IMG/VR virus record: IMGVR_UViG_3300025066_000012
Location: 49,520 to 113,519 of that record
DNA from: a virus
Taxonomy: Duplodnaviria; Caudoviricetes
Strand: one strand, 5' to 3'
Length of the DNA: 64,000 nt
Shown here: in pieces, positions 29,158 to 39,339 of the stretch
Numbering within the stretch: the first letter of the stretch is position 1
Layout of the letters: the number at the start of each line of letters is the position of its first letter
Notes under the pieces: generated by a model
The model's database searches: none
Seen by the model: the letters and a program-made list of their open reading frames with translations, nothing else
Told to the model about the DNA's origin: nothing
Program-made: the position numbers and the translations under genes

Positions 29158-30510
29158 CTATCTGCTAAACTTTGGCATTCCGGAGCTAAAGGCGGATGAT
29201 AGGCTACTAACAACATCGTCCATTGCCTTGTTTGCTACGGCTGTTGGCTCAGTTACACTCTGACCCAGCCAGGCTGGCGCTACATATTCTGTCGATCTAT
29301 CATCCTCTAGGGCCTTCAGAGAACTTAACGCTGACTGATCTTTGCTCTCTAAGTCTTTTAGGAGCTTAAGCAGGCCACCCCAATTTCCGGGATAGCTTCC
29401 GGGCTTAGAAACACCTTCCACAGAGATAGTCCTAAAGCCTGAGCCCCAACTCATAACCTGCTTAACTCCGGCGGTTCCCTCTGGAACAAGGTGTTTGTCA
29501 TACTTCGTTAGGAAGCTCTCAAGATTATCTCTTGTATCACGGTTCCATTTTCCAGTCGCCTCTGCTCCTACCAAAGTCTGTATACTCTGAAGAGGGCCTC
29601 CGGTCCGAGTAGCCTTAGCTTGTGACCCATCACTCTTCGCATTTATCTTATCTATTGCGCTACGAATAAGCCAATCAAAGTTTGGAATCTCCCTAAGAAC
29701 AGCCTCCTTAAAGCCTCTTCCTCCCTCCGTAGCAGAGAAGTTTGGATCAGACCAAAGACGAGAGACGTGCGAGACCATGAAGTCGTCTTCTTGGTTGTCA
29801 TAATAGTCGACGTCCAGATCGTCGGGGTCGCCAACTTTATATTTAGCCAGATCGGCACTAAGAAGTTTTTTATTCCAAATATTAAGTGCGACTTGCTCCT
29901 CTTGAGAAAAATCTATTCCCTTCTGAACGCTCTTTCTGGTCGGCATTTCTGCAAGCTTTATATTTGAAGCTATAATTGAGTCTAGTTTATCTGCGAGTTT
30001 TATTTCACCAATTTCATCTAGATGGTTGGCTAATTTTTGTAATTCTTTAAGCATGTTTAAATTCCTTCCTTTAATGTTATTAAACGTTAATAATGACGAG
30101 CTAGAATTTAATCCGCTCTGTATAGTTGATTCGGATTGTCTCTCGGCAGCTTCCGCCGCAGCTTCGCCGCCTGGAAATCCAGTCTCTGTATCAAAATCTT
30201 CAATGTGGCCATATTCGTGAACCAATGTTTTTGCGACCATCTCTATAATTGATTCAACCTCATCTTCACTAGCATTTGGCGGAAACTTAGATAAAACAAA
30301 ATGTATCTTATCGATCTTCCCATCGTTATTCTTGTCTTCCGAAGATACATAGGCTATAGCATTTGGGTTATCAGCCGGGGGAGAATGATCCCATACTATT
30401 TGGTTTGCACTATTTAGCATAGCTATAATTTCAGGCCGCAGTCCAATAGACTTAACCCTCTCTACAACTTGCGGCCAGTAATGCGGACCTTGTGCTCTCT
30501 TCTTTAGCAT
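29158..30510 (-). CDS. two-part protein: HExxH domain plus internal leader-bearing domain
   Basis: LVHEYGH; internal SD+ATG at 30054. Confidence 0.7.
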   Translation of the reverse strand: MLKKRAQGPHYWPQVVERVKSIGLRPEIIAMLNSANQIVWDHSPPADNPNAIAYVSSEDKNNDGKIDKIHFVLSKFPPNASEDEVESIIEMVAKTLVHEYGHIEDFDTETGFPGGEAAAEAAERQSESTIQSGLNSSSSLLTFNNIKGRNLNMLKELQKLANHLDEIGEIKLADKLDSIIASNIKLAEMPTRKSVQKGIDFSQEEQVALNIWNKKLLSADLAKYKVGDPDDLDVDYYDNQEDDFMVSHVSRLWSDPNFSATEGGRGFKEAVLREIPNFDWLIRSAIDKINAKSDGSQAKATRTGGPLQSIQTLVGAEATGKWNRDTRDNLESFLTKYDKHLVPEGTAGVKQVMSWGSGFRTISVEGVSKPGSYPGNWGGLLKLLKDLESKDQSALSSLKALEDDRSTEYVAPAWLGQSVTEPTAVANKAMDDVVSSLSSAFSSGMPKFSR

Positions 30511-30516
30511 ACTTCC

Positions 30517-30936
30517 TTATAAACCTTTTGGATCAATTATTCTTGGCTTTGATGGCCTAAAATATCGAGTAGTTGTCCCTATGATATCAATAGAACCTGG
30601 CCTAATAATAGAAAAGAAGAAGTGAAATGGCCTAGATGATGCCGCCTCTCTTCTGATTTCTATCCAAGTTCTTTGCCTAGACGCTATATCTGACTGATTT
30701 CCAAGAAACATATGCACGATATTTTGTGCGTTCGCTCTAAAGTCTTGAGCTATAACTTCATTTAGTTCAGGATTATGAAGACCATATAGCACGTCCCTTC
30801 TGTCTCCCCACTCTTTACCAAAATAACGTCTGTATTTCATCCTAACAGTAGTAGAAACTCTTATAGGAAGGCCAGATCTAGGGTCTGTAACTCCTGAATC
30901 TTCAAGTCCTGCATTTTTTACAAATCCATTATCCAT
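30517..30936 (-). CDS. hypothetical protein
   Basis: ORF only. Confidence 0.6.
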   Translation of the reverse strand: MDNGFVKNAGLEDSGVTDPRSGLPIRVSTTVRMKYRRYFGKEWGDRRDVLYGLHNPELNEVIAQDFRANAQNIVHMFLGNQSDIASRQRTWIEIRREAASSRPFHFFFSIIRPGSIDIIGTTTRYFRPSKPRIIDPKGL

Positions 30937-30999
30937 ATAGATATCCTACTCTTTTAGCATTAGATATTAGCAGATAAGTATAAAAACAATAGAACGCAG

Positions 31000-31032
31000 A
31001 AAGCCCCGATTGCCTAGGCAATCGGGGCTTTT
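31000..31032. terminator. intrinsic terminator
   Basis: AAAGCCCCGATTGCC-TA-GGCAATCGGGGCTTT perfect inverted repeat. Confidence 0.85.
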
Positions 31033-31049
31033 CCTGTTTGTGGGAACGA

Positions 31050-31328
31050 TTAAAGTTCTACGTAATGAGCAAGAACCTTATAAATAGTATCTAATCCTTC
31101 AATCTTTGGCCACTTCTCAGCCTTCTTATATCCCATCCTGATATTCTGTACACCCTCATTGGCATAATGCTCTTCAACCTTATCGAGCCTAACTGCCATG
31201 ATTGATCCGTCTACACTAATCATTAATGTATCCAGAATCTCTGGATGCTCTTCCCAATTAAACTTTCCAAAGGCATTCTTATGCAGCGGCTCTTCGAGCC
31301 AAACAAACTCTGACATTCTATTCTCCAA
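31050..31328 (-). CDS. hypothetical protein
   Basis: ORF only. Confidence 0.6.
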   Translation of the reverse strand: MENRMSEFVWLEEPLHKNAFGKFNWEEHPEILDTLMISVDGSIMAVRLDKVEEHYANEGVQNIRMGYKKAEKWPKIEGLDTIYKVLAHYVEL

Positions 31329-31335
31329 ACATTAC

Positions 31336-32190
31336 TTAAATAATAGCGTTAATCTTTAGCTCTGCTTCTTGCGCTCTTTCGTGAGCTTCCATTCTTCGCT
31401 CAACAAGTCCTAATACATACTGTGAATCTGTCCCCATAATCGAAGGAAGCAAGTGGATTGGGAGAGTCATCGCCAACGTAATCAGAACCCGCTCATGCTT
31501 TGAGTCAGAGATAACCAAAACTAAATCATCATAGTTCGGGTAAAGCTCTTCGTTATCAACGAGAGCCTTAACTGCTATCTCAGATGCCTCCGCACTTGAC
31601 TCGCTGCGAATCTTTCTTGCTTCCTCTTTGGTCAGACTGCCATTAGCAATGTAGGCTTTGTAAAACATTCCTCTGCATGAAAAAGCATGTTGTCCCGGTG
31701 TCTTAAACACGCTGTCTTTGACAAAGGCTTCAAATGAATCGGGTTCGTACTCTGCATACTTATTAAGAACGGACCTAACTGCGGGCTGAATATATCTTGA
31801 TTTTTCCGGCCCATACTTATATGACAGGTGAAAGAGATTCTTCCAGTCAAAATCTATATTGCGCTCTGCGGCACTAAGGATGCAGTTTGCATCCCCCCTT
31901 TTGAAATCTAAAAGATTTGATTCGATAAAACCAGTAGACGAATAAAACTCAACTCCCTTTTTAACAAAGGGAGATAATGCTACTGAGGCTAGATTGGCGT
32001 GCCTAAGATACGATTCAAACAAAGACCTTGTTCCTTTTTCTAGAAAGTTAGTGGAACTTAATATAGAATCTATAAGACCAGAGTCAAAGACCTTGCTCTT
32101 CACATCATCTAAGTCTAGATGACTATTCGCATAACTATAACGCTCAAATAGCGCACTCAATCCAAATTGAATAATTTCATCTTTATTCAT
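31336..32190 (-). CDS. alpha-helical protein, paralog family
   Basis: C-terminal LLPSIMG...Y....VERRM. Confidence 0.65.
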   Translation of the reverse strand: MNKDEIIQFGLSALFERYSYANSHLDLDDVKSKVFDSGLIDSILSSTNFLEKGTRSLFESYLRHANLASVALSPFVKKGVEFYSSTGFIESNLLDFKRGDANCILSAAERNIDFDWKNLFHLSYKYGPEKSRYIQPAVRSVLNKYAEYEPDSFEAFVKDSVFKTPGQHAFSCRGMFYKAYIANGSLTKEEARKIRSESSAEASEIAVKALVDNEELYPNYDDLVLVISDSKHERVLITLAMTLPIHLLPSIMGTDSQYVLGLVERRMEAHERAQEAELKINAII

Positions 32191-32443
32191 TGTCTAGATA
32201 GTCCTTAATGAGGTCATCAAAAAACTGCCTCTTCGAATCAATAACTTTAATCTTGCTTGCCTGATTTAGCCACTCCCATGATTGCAGAACGTCCTTAACA
32301 GGTAGCGCATAAAAATATTCCCTCACCTTGATATGAGTTTTATTATAGGTGCTTTGACATGAGTTTATCGCAATAGCGATAAGCATATTTATAACAACCT
32401 CTTTGGATAGAGGCTCTTCTTCTACAACTTCTTCATCAGACAT
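32183..32443 (-). CDS. hypothetical protein
   Basis: ORF only. Confidence 0.6.
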   Translation of the reverse strand: MSDEEVVEEEPLSKEVVINMLIAIAINSCQSTYNKTHIKVREYFYALPVKDVLQSWEWLNQASKIKVIDSKRQFFDDLIKDYLDNE

Positions 32444-32482
32444 ATTCTAATCCTTTCAGCAAATACGTGGGTCCACCCAACT

Positions 32483-32511
32483 ATAGTAGGGCCGTGGGTC
32501 ATATCAGAAAA
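32483..32511 (-). promoter_or_regulatory. promoter motif copy 4
   Basis: TTTTCTgatatgacccacggcccTACTAT. Confidence 0.75.
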
Positions 32512-32522
32512 TATTAGGATGA

Positions 32523-34121
32523 TCAATCAGCTGGCGGGCTATAGATCGTAACTTCCGTTGTCAGCAGGATTCCGCCAGAAGATGCAGCGTTTTCTAAGGC
32601 AACTCTAACCACTTTTACTGGATCTATAATTCCTGCGCTTATCATATCTTCCTGTAAGTCTCCAACTAGCGCATCAAATCCCATCAAAACGTTGCCTGAG
32701 CTTATAATCTTTTCCATATGCAAGTGATATTCTATACCTGCGTTTTTTAGAATCTGCACAAATGGGGCCCTCATAGCTGAGGCAATCACATCACATCCAA
32801 CTATTTCTTCTGTAGTTAAATTTGAATTCTCTTTAAATTCCCTTAAGGCCGGCAAGCAATGTAACAATGCTGCGCCACCACCGGGAACTATACCTTCTTC
32901 GATAGCAGCTTTAACCGCATTGATAGCATCTTCAACTCTATCTTTTCTTTCTCTTACTTCCGCTTCCGAAACCCCTCCAACTTTCAATACTGCTATAGAG
33001 CCGGTTATTGCTGATAGCCTCTGCCTAAGCGCAGCAATTTCATAACCCTCTAGGTTTGGCTCTTCCATCCTCATTTGCATAGACTTAATCCTCCCTGCAA
33101 CATCATCAGGCGTTCCGGCTGCGTCTATGATAGTAGTATCATCTCTTGTGACAGAAACCCTCCTAGCCGTCCCCAGGTCGTCTAACGTAGCTTTATCAAG
33201 CGGGGAGCCTACCTCGTCTGTAAACAAAGTTGAATTACATACTGTCGCAATATCACCAAGTATATCACGCCTTATCTCACCAAACCCAGGAGCCCTAACC
33301 GCACAGGAAGATAGTGTTCCGCGAGCCCTGTTTAGAACCAGCGTCTGCAATGCCTCACCCTCGGTTGTCTGTGAGATAATCAATAGCGGCTTACCAGTTT
33401 CTGCAACCGCAGTAAGAATAGGCATCAATTCATAAGTTGATTTAATTCTTCCGTCATAAGTTAATATAAACGGATCTTTAAATTCAACAGTCATTCTGTC
33501 TGTATTCGTTGAGAAGATTGGATTTATATACCCCCTATCAAATGATAGGCCCTCAGAATAAATAACCTTTGTCTCTGTTCCCGCTGATTCCTCTACTGAA
33601 ATTAAGCCATGATCTCCAACAGAAGAGACTGCTCCGCCTATGATTCTTCCCAACTTTTCATCATTGTTCGCAGATATGATCGCAACACTATTTATTAAAT
33701 CTTCACTAGAAACACTTTGCGCAAGATCCTTAAGCTTTGCTGAGACAACCTCAACAGCTTTATCAATCCCTCGTTTAATTAAAACCGGATTGTGTCCAGC
33801 TGCGACCATCTTTGAGCCTTCGGTATAGATAGCTTGGGCCAAAACTGTTGCAGTTGTAGTTCCGTCACCAGCCAGAGAGTTAGTAGAGCTAGCTACGCTC
33901 TTTATTAGTTCTGCGCCCATATTCTGGATTCTATCTTTTAGAACGATAGCTCTAGCCACAGTTACTCCATCCTTAGTAATGAGCGGTGGACCAAAGTCTC
34001 TATCTATTGCTGCGTGTCGGCCCCTTGGACCTAGAGTTGCCTTAACTGCGTTTGCAAGGATATCAAGACCTTCTTGCAGGCCGAGTCTTGCCTCGGCATT
34101 AAACTTAACTTCTTTAGACAT
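32523..34121 (-). CDS. groL: chaperonin GroEL
   Basis: TLGPRGR, ITKDGVTVA, AGDGTTTATVLA, FDRGY, APGFG, EEGIVPGGG, GIIDP.KV; no GGM tail. Confidence 0.97.
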   Translation of the reverse strand: MSKEVKFNAEARLGLQEGLDILANAVKATLGPRGRHAAIDRDFGPPLITKDGVTVARAIVLKDRIQNMGAELIKSVASSTNSLAGDGTTTATVLAQAIYTEGSKMVAAGHNPVLIKRGIDKAVEVVSAKLKDLAQSVSSEDLINSVAIISANNDEKLGRIIGGAVSSVGDHGLISVEESAGTETKVIYSEGLSFDRGYINPIFSTNTDRMTVEFKDPFILTYDGRIKSTYELMPILTAVAETGKPLLIISQTTEGEALQTLVLNRARGTLSSCAVRAPGFGEIRRDILGDIATVCNSTLFTDEVGSPLDKATLDDLGTARRVSVTRDDTTIIDAAGTPDDVAGRIKSMQMRMEEPNLEGYEIAALRQRLSAITGSIAVLKVGGVSEAEVRERKDRVEDAINAVKAAIEEGIVPGGGAALLHCLPALREFKENSNLTTEEIVGCDVIASAMRAPFVQILKNAGIEYHLHMEKIISSGNVLMGFDALVGDLQEDMISAGIIDPVKVVRVALENAASSGGILLTTEVTIYSPPAD

Positions 34122-34241
34122 GTATTCTCCTGAGAATTAATTTATCTTATTCGCGTGGCGGATATAAACATTATACTTCTGTATTCATCCGAAATATACT
34201 ATTAATATTGAATTATTTACCAGAATACGTTCGGAGGGATA

Positions 34242-35276
34242 ATGCTTACAAAATTGAATAACTTAGCTAACTTTTTAGATAATGCTGGCCAGAGCGAGCT
34301 TGCTACCAAAGTTTGTGACCTTGCGTCTTATTGTATGATTTCTAAATATGCTGATTTAAATCCTAATAATTTCTTCTTGCTTAGCATAGACGATCCAGAG
34401 CTCGCCAAGTGGGATAAGCTTCTGCTTGAAATAGATGCTCCGTCAAAACTTGCTTATGAAATAAAGGGCCCACAAAAAGCTATGAAGGGCATTATCACCG
34501 AGCTATTTTCTTTGAAAGCTAAATTTAATACTCCAATATCTGAAACGCAAAGAGCTGAGACTATTAAGTCTTTATCCAGACTAACTGATCCAGAAATTGT
34601 AGTTACAGGAAAAGACAAATTATATCTTTCAAAGGATTACAAATTAGCTGCAACAAAAATAAAGCCAAAGTTTTGGGGCAGAGCACTCCCTGTCGCCGGT
34701 GGCCTTATATCAGTTGGACTAGCAGCCAAAAACATATCCGAAGCAACACATAATGCCAGGGTTATTGTCGAAAAATTACCACTAGATAAGTATGGGCTTT
34801 CCACCAGAATGATATTCTCCCCTGCCGTCCCACTGGTAGGAAGGTCTATCTCAAAGCAAATTGAAGAAAATAAAGATAATCCAGAGAATCTACTAGAATT
34901 ACTGGAGGTATCCAAGGTTATCTCAACTTTTTATATAGACTTCCTGCTAGCCCTCACCAACAGCGTAATGCTTGTTATTGATATCTTAACCGTGATATCA
35001 GCGGCTATTGACGGACCGCTTCCAATAGCAGATGCAATTGCCGGAACAATTGGATTCATTCTAAGCTTGGGCCTTATCGGAGTTGAGCTTGGTACAGAAT
35101 ATCTGTCGGAGAAATACTGGTCTAAAGTTTTTGATAAAATCAGAGGAATAGCCTCAGAGAATATTAAAGCGATAGAAGAGTCTTATAGGCCAGCATCAGC
35201 GCCTGCGCCGGACACAGCCCAAGGGAAGCTACCTTTACTTTCCTCTTTTGGGAGAAGTTCTCTTCCACCAGCTTAG
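34242..35276 (+). CDS. leader-bearing protein with hydrophobic C-terminal hairpin
   Basis: SD GGAGG; N-terminal LNNLANFLDNAG; DGPLPIAD between hydrophobic helices. Confidence 0.7.
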   Translation: MLTKLNNLANFLDNAGQSELATKVCDLASYCMISKYADLNPNNFFLLSIDDPELAKWDKLLLEIDAPSKLAYEIKGPQKAMKGIITELFSLKAKFNTPISETQRAETIKSLSRLTDPEIVVTGKDKLYLSKDYKLAATKIKPKFWGRALPVAGGLISVGLAAKNISEATHNARVIVEKLPLDKYGLSTRMIFSPAVPLVGRSISKQIEENKDNPENLLELLEVSKVISTFYIDFLLALTNSVMLVIDILTVISAAIDGPLPIADAIAGTIGFILSLGLIGVELGTEYLSEKYWSKVFDKIRGIASENIKAIEESYRPASAPAPDTAQGKLPLLSSFGRSSLPPA

Positions 35277-35396
35277 CCACTCTCTCTCCCACTCTTCTCG
35301 CGAAACCTTTGCCCTATATCCATTTCTGTTTGAAAAATAAAACACAACAGCCCCTGACTCTTTTGACTCTTTTGACTCTTCTGGCATAACGTCTCC

Positions 35397-35930
35397 TTAC
35401 TTGGTTAAAGAATACTGCCTACAGTATTCGCTCATAACAGCCGTACCGGCCTGACTAACATTCAGACAATATCCTGGGCCATTCATCGGAATGTAAATTG
35501 AATCATTCCTTAAAAGTATCTCTGCCGGAACTCCGGTCTGCTCATTGCCCAATACAATTATTGTCTTTTCTTCAAAGTTAAATTCATAATCATATATACT
35601 TTGAGCATCATCTGTCAGCTCTACCGAGACAATCTTATAGCCATTGGCATTACAATATGCTGTGAATTGCCTTGGATTAGAGAAGGTTTTGAAGCTCACA
35701 TAATCATACAGAGATCCTGTTCTTGTATTTAGATAACTTCTGTCTGGCAGCGTTCCGATTACAAATACATCACTTATCCCGAAGCAAGCGGCACTCCTAA
35801 TCATAAACGCTAGGTTTTCATCAAACAAAAAGTTAATCGTAGCAATCGCTGCTGGCAACATTATGTTGCTCTTTAGCTTTTCGTTGTATCTTTCTCGTCT
35901 AGTCTTATCCCTGTTTGTATCCAGAAACAT
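35397..35930 (-). CDS. SpoU/TrmH-family RNA methyltransferase
   Basis: NL..MIRSA..FG, VLGNEQTGV, IPM.G...CLNVS.A. Confidence 0.92.
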   Translation of the reverse strand: MFLDTNRDKTRRERYNEKLKSNIMLPAAIATINFLFDENLAFMIRSAACFGISDVFVIGTLPDRSYLNTRTGSLYDYVSFKTFSNPRQFTAYCNANGYKIVSVELTDDAQSIYDYEFNFEEKTIIVLGNEQTGVPAEILLRNDSIYIPMNGPGYCLNVSQAGTAVMSEYCRQYSLTK

Positions 35931-35952
35931 TTCTAATCCAATCAGTGTCTAG

Positions 35953-36135
35953 TCAACTTCTTTCTCCGACAGTTTCGAAGTCACGCTCAATATGTTCTTT
36001 AAGCTTTATCTCAACCTTATCACCGAACCACATATAAGGCTCCGCATTATAATGCGGGCCAAGATAAGGAGCTTTGCTCACACCAACAGTATAAAGCTTG
36101 CCAGTCTTTTTGCGCTTAAAGATTTTCATTTTCAA
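35953..36135 (-). CDS. small basic protein
   Basis: similar to 12032..12229. Confidence 0.55.
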   Translation of the reverse strand: MKMKIFKRKKTGKLYTVGVSKAPYLGPHYNAEPYMWFGDKVEIKLKEHIERDFETVGERS

Positions 36136-36158
36136 ACTCCGCTTTCATCTAATTTTTA

Positions 36159-36611
36159 TTACGGAGAGATTACCTTATAGATTCTTCCAAACTTCACAAA
36201 CTTATCCCCAGACACAATTAGTCTTGATAGTTTGATCAGAAAGTCTCCCTCCCCACTTCGGTATTGGGGATTCTCTGACTCACGAAGAGACTCTAGTTTA
36301 TCCAAAGAGTCCTTCCATTTGTCCAAGAAGTTCTCTGGACTCTCTCCGGTGGCAGCTACAAAGTAACGTCGGTAGTCGGCCAATGAAGTTGCAGAAATAC
36401 CCTCCTGCTTAGACCAAGAGGCCTCATCGTCTGTAACTTTTTTAGACTTAGATGCAGTAGATAGAACTAACTTTTGTGAAGTGTCAATTACATCTGATTG
36501 CTCCCATCCATAAAATATATTAGAAACAGTAGGTGTAACGGCAACCTTCTCTTCAACATAAGAATAAAATTTGTTAACCTTATACTTGGCTTTAAAATCA
36601 GAAAGAGCCAC
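36159..36611 (-). CDS. hypothetical protein
   Basis: ORF abutting the glutamine synthetase gene. Confidence 0.6.
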   Translation of the reverse strand: MALSDFKAKYKVNKFYSYVEEKVAVTPTVSNIFYGWEQSDVIDTSQKLVLSTASKSKKVTDDEASWSKQEGISATSLADYRRYFVAATGESPENFLDKWKDSLDKLESLRESENPQYRSGEGDFLIKLSRLIVSGDKFVKFGRIYKVISP

Positions 36612-37691
36612 TTATCCCTCCAGTGGACAAACCAGAGAAACAAGTGTCGCAGCAACTCTGTACGGGTCTGCATTTGAGTTTGGTCGCCTATCCTCAAAGT
36701 ATCCGGCCCCATCATGCTTCACATGATGGGGGATTCGGACAGATGCCCCACGGTCTGCTACTCCATACTTATATTCGTCTACAGAACAAGTCTCATGCTT
36801 TCCGGTGAGCCTTCTCTCTAGTCCCTCTCCATAAGATTCTTTCGCCATAGCAAGAGCCTCTTCGGAACCCAAAGCCTCACAAGCCTTATTGATAACAGAA
36901 ATACCACCAGCCTCCCGCATGGTCTTTGTGCTAAAGTTAGAATGCATACCACTTCCGTTCCAGTCGCCCTCTAAAGGCTTCGGGTCAAAAGTAATCCCAA
37001 CCTCTTGTAGCTCACAAATTCTTTGCAGAATGAATCGAGAAACCCATAGATGGTCGCAGGCTTGAAGCGTGTTAATTCCCGGCCCACCGACCTGATACTC
37101 CCACTGCCCCAATGCAACCTCTGCATTAACTCCAACAATAGAGAGCCCAGAACTAATACAAGCATTCAGATGTAACTCTGCAAGATTTCTTCCGACCACA
37201 TTATCTGTGCCAACTGAGCAGTAATACTGTCCCTGCCCTTTTAAATCCTCTTTGTGCCCAAAGATTCCGCCGTCTTTGGTCATAAAGTATTCTTGCTCAA
37301 AGCCAATAACAGGCTCTGTCGCATGATGCTTTATCATTTCATCAACAAGCTTTGCTCGATGATTTGTTTCGTGCGGAATCATATCTAGGCCCAATACATC
37401 ACATAAAACCAGCACACCATTTTCTCTGTTTGAATCTACACATGCAAACACTGGTCGAAGCACTAAGTCTGACACCTCTGTCGTTGCCTGACTAGTGCTA
37501 GACCCATCAAAGTTCCATAGAGGAATATCCTTTAGTGATAGATTCCAATTTTCATCGGAAGAAGAGATAGTTAAAATCCTAGTCTTTGACCGTAGCTTCT
37601 GAGTCTTGCCGCCGTCTAGCCACAGATATTCACACTTCAATGTTGTCTGCTTCAATGGAGGGGCTGTCGGCTCTGCTGTTGATTGTGTCAT
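36612..37691 (-). CDS. glnII: glutamine synthetase type II
   Basis: EYLWLDG, LRSKTR, WNFDGSST.QA, GFEQEY, NAEVA.GQWEYQ, GDWNGSGMH.NFST, RLTGKHET, RGASVRIP, GYFEDRRP.SN.DPY. Confidence 0.95.
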   Translation of the reverse strand: MTQSTAEPTAPPLKQTTLKCEYLWLDGGKTQKLRSKTRILTISSSDENWNLSLKDIPLWNFDGSSTSQATTEVSDLVLRPVFACVDSNRENGVLVLCDVLGLDMIPHETNHRAKLVDEMIKHHATEPVIGFEQEYFMTKDGGIFGHKEDLKGQGQYYCSVGTDNVVGRNLAELHLNACISSGLSIVGVNAEVALGQWEYQVGGPGINTLQACDHLWVSRFILQRICELQEVGITFDPKPLEGDWNGSGMHSNFSTKTMREAGGISVINKACEALGSEEALAMAKESYGEGLERRLTGKHETCSVDEYKYGVADRGASVRIPHHVKHDGAGYFEDRRPNSNADPYRVAATLVSLVCPLEG

Positions 37692-37704
37692 TGTTATTCC
37701 TGTA

Positions 37705-38580
37705 TTATAGATTTATAAACGTTTTTTCATACTTATCTATAGACGACTCACTCAACATAGAGTTGAATCCCATAGATTCAAAATCGTCTGTTATGCTAGC
37801 CATATCTAGCATAGATTTTGTAATAATTATTCTACTCTCTTCGTCTTTAAGGTCAATAAATTTTATTAAACTATAGCTTTTTTCATAAGATTTTCTGAAC
37901 TTATCGTTCTTCAATCTTTCATCTAGAGCGCCAGCCGTAGCCAGAATCGTTGAAGCTGTCTTTTTTCCTACGCCTCTGACGCCAGGAATGTTGTCTGCCT
38001 TATCTCCAACCATCGCCTTCCACGAAACATAATCATATTCCGTGTTCGGTCTATATTCTTTTGAGATAGGATTATACAGCCTCACTGTGTCTGGATGCTT
38101 ATTCAGCAGCTGAATGAAGTCAGTATCAGAAGATATAACCACTACCTCATCATCAACGTGATGATAGTCGATTATATACTGAACCAAGTCGTCACACTCT
38201 TGGTCAGGGTGATAGACCGTTATCACCGGATAATCTTTTTGAAGCGCAGAAATAATTACTCTCTTCTGCCGATGGAAAGACTCCCAATATTTAACAACTT
38301 CTGGATCAGATGTATCTACAGTTCTATTTCCTTTATAGTTTGGGTCGGCCAACAGCCTTGCTGCTGGCTTTCCGTCTAATGGAAAGTATACAACGTCCGG
38401 GGAGAACTGATCTATAGTAGAGCGTAATACTCTAAAGAAATTATAGACAATCTGAAACTCTCCATCAGCTGGTCCGGTATCTTTAGTTTTCTGATAACCA
38501 CTCCACTGAAAGCGGCACCGATGAATCATATTGTAACCGTCTATAATTAGGACTTTTTTAGATGATACTTTTGATGTCAA
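37705..38580 (-). CDS. 5'-3' exonuclease / flap endonuclease (PolI N-terminal or T4 RNase H-like)
   Basis: IIDGYN, YKGNR, ECDD, ISSDTDF.QL, GDKADNIPGV.GVGKKTA. Confidence 0.92.
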   Translation of the reverse strand: MTSKVSSKKVLIIDGYNMIHRCRFQWSGYQKTKDTGPADGEFQIVYNFFRVLRSTIDQFSPDVVYFPLDGKPAARLLADPNYKGNRTVDTSDPEVVKYWESFHRQKRVIISALQKDYPVITVYHPDQECDDLVQYIIDYHHVDDEVVVISSDTDFIQLLNKHPDTVRLYNPISKEYRPNTEYDYVSWKAMVGDKADNIPGVRGVGKKTASTILATAGALDERLKNDKFRKSYEKSYSLIKFIDLKDEESRIIITKSMLDMASITDDFESMGFNSMLSESSIDKYEKTFINL

Positions 38581-39247
38581 CAGACTTCTCCGTAGCGTCT
38601 TTCATAGTCTTTCCGCTTCCATGGACCCGGAACATAACTATGAGGTTTTTTGTCTTATCATTTACAGAACACAGCGTACACGTATTACATGTAATATCCG
38701 CTTTGCCCTCTACGCCATTTCTGGCAGGACACAGAACTGCTCGCTTGCCCATAAACCCAAAGCTCTTTGGAATGTTACTTCCAGATACAGCCAGCGTTGT
38801 AGACCATCCGGCGGCGACCGCATCCTCTACGTCTTTAACAGTATTACACGATGCCCTAAACCACTTCTTTAGTGGAGCAGAATAGCCTTCCCTCCAAGCA
38901 TGTGTATATCCGATGTTAATCAATCCAGCGGACTCAACCTCTTTACACTCCAAGAGTGTGCCGGGAACATCGCCAACGATATCTCCTGCCACTCTATGTC
39001 GAGCCACCCTTGCGCTCTTATCCATCTTCTTCAAGGCTTCGGTAAGAGTCTTAGCCTTAAGCTTTCCATTCTCTATCTTCTTTCCAAGAATCCTCAAATA
39101 GAAAAGCCCCCAAGCATAGCATCCACCGTCCTTGAATGAACAAGAATCGGGACACGAACTAAGGGGGGAATACGATGCGGTTATCTTGCCAATCTTCTTA
39201 TCCGAAGATTTAGATACCCAATGAACTAGCCTTGCCTTATTAGTCAT
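38558..39247 (-). CDS. Cys-motif phage protein (gp88-like; possible Fe-S/radical-SAM-like)
   Basis: SCP.SC......CYA, R....GD, GYTH, CPA...C..C.LC. Confidence 0.65.
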   Translation of the reverse strand: MTNKARLVHWVSKSSDKKIGKITASYSPLSSCPDSCSFKDGGCYAWGLFYLRILGKKIENGKLKAKTLTEALKKMDKSARVARHRVAGDIVGDVPGTLLECKEVESAGLINIGYTHAWREGYSAPLKKWFRASCNTVKDVEDAVAAGWSTTLAVSGSNIPKSFGFMGKRAVLCPARNGVEGKADITCNTCTLCSVNDKTKNLIVMFRVHGSGKTMKDATEKSVDIKSII

Positions 39248-39280
39248 AAATACAGCTTCCAATCGCGGAGATAACAGAAA

Positions 39281-39317
39281 CTAAGGATAGCCGCAGATAT
39301 TCCGCGGCTATCCTTAG
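39281..39317. terminator. hairpin / terminator
   Basis: CTAAGGATAGCCGC...GCGGCTATCCTTAG. Confidence 0.7.
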
Positions 39318-39339
39318 CTATAGATTCAATCAGCAGTTA

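Noticed and set aside
35355-35381. 10-nt tandem repeat GACTCTTTTT as iteron/origin
   Set aside because: Fewer than three copies and no supporting origin features.
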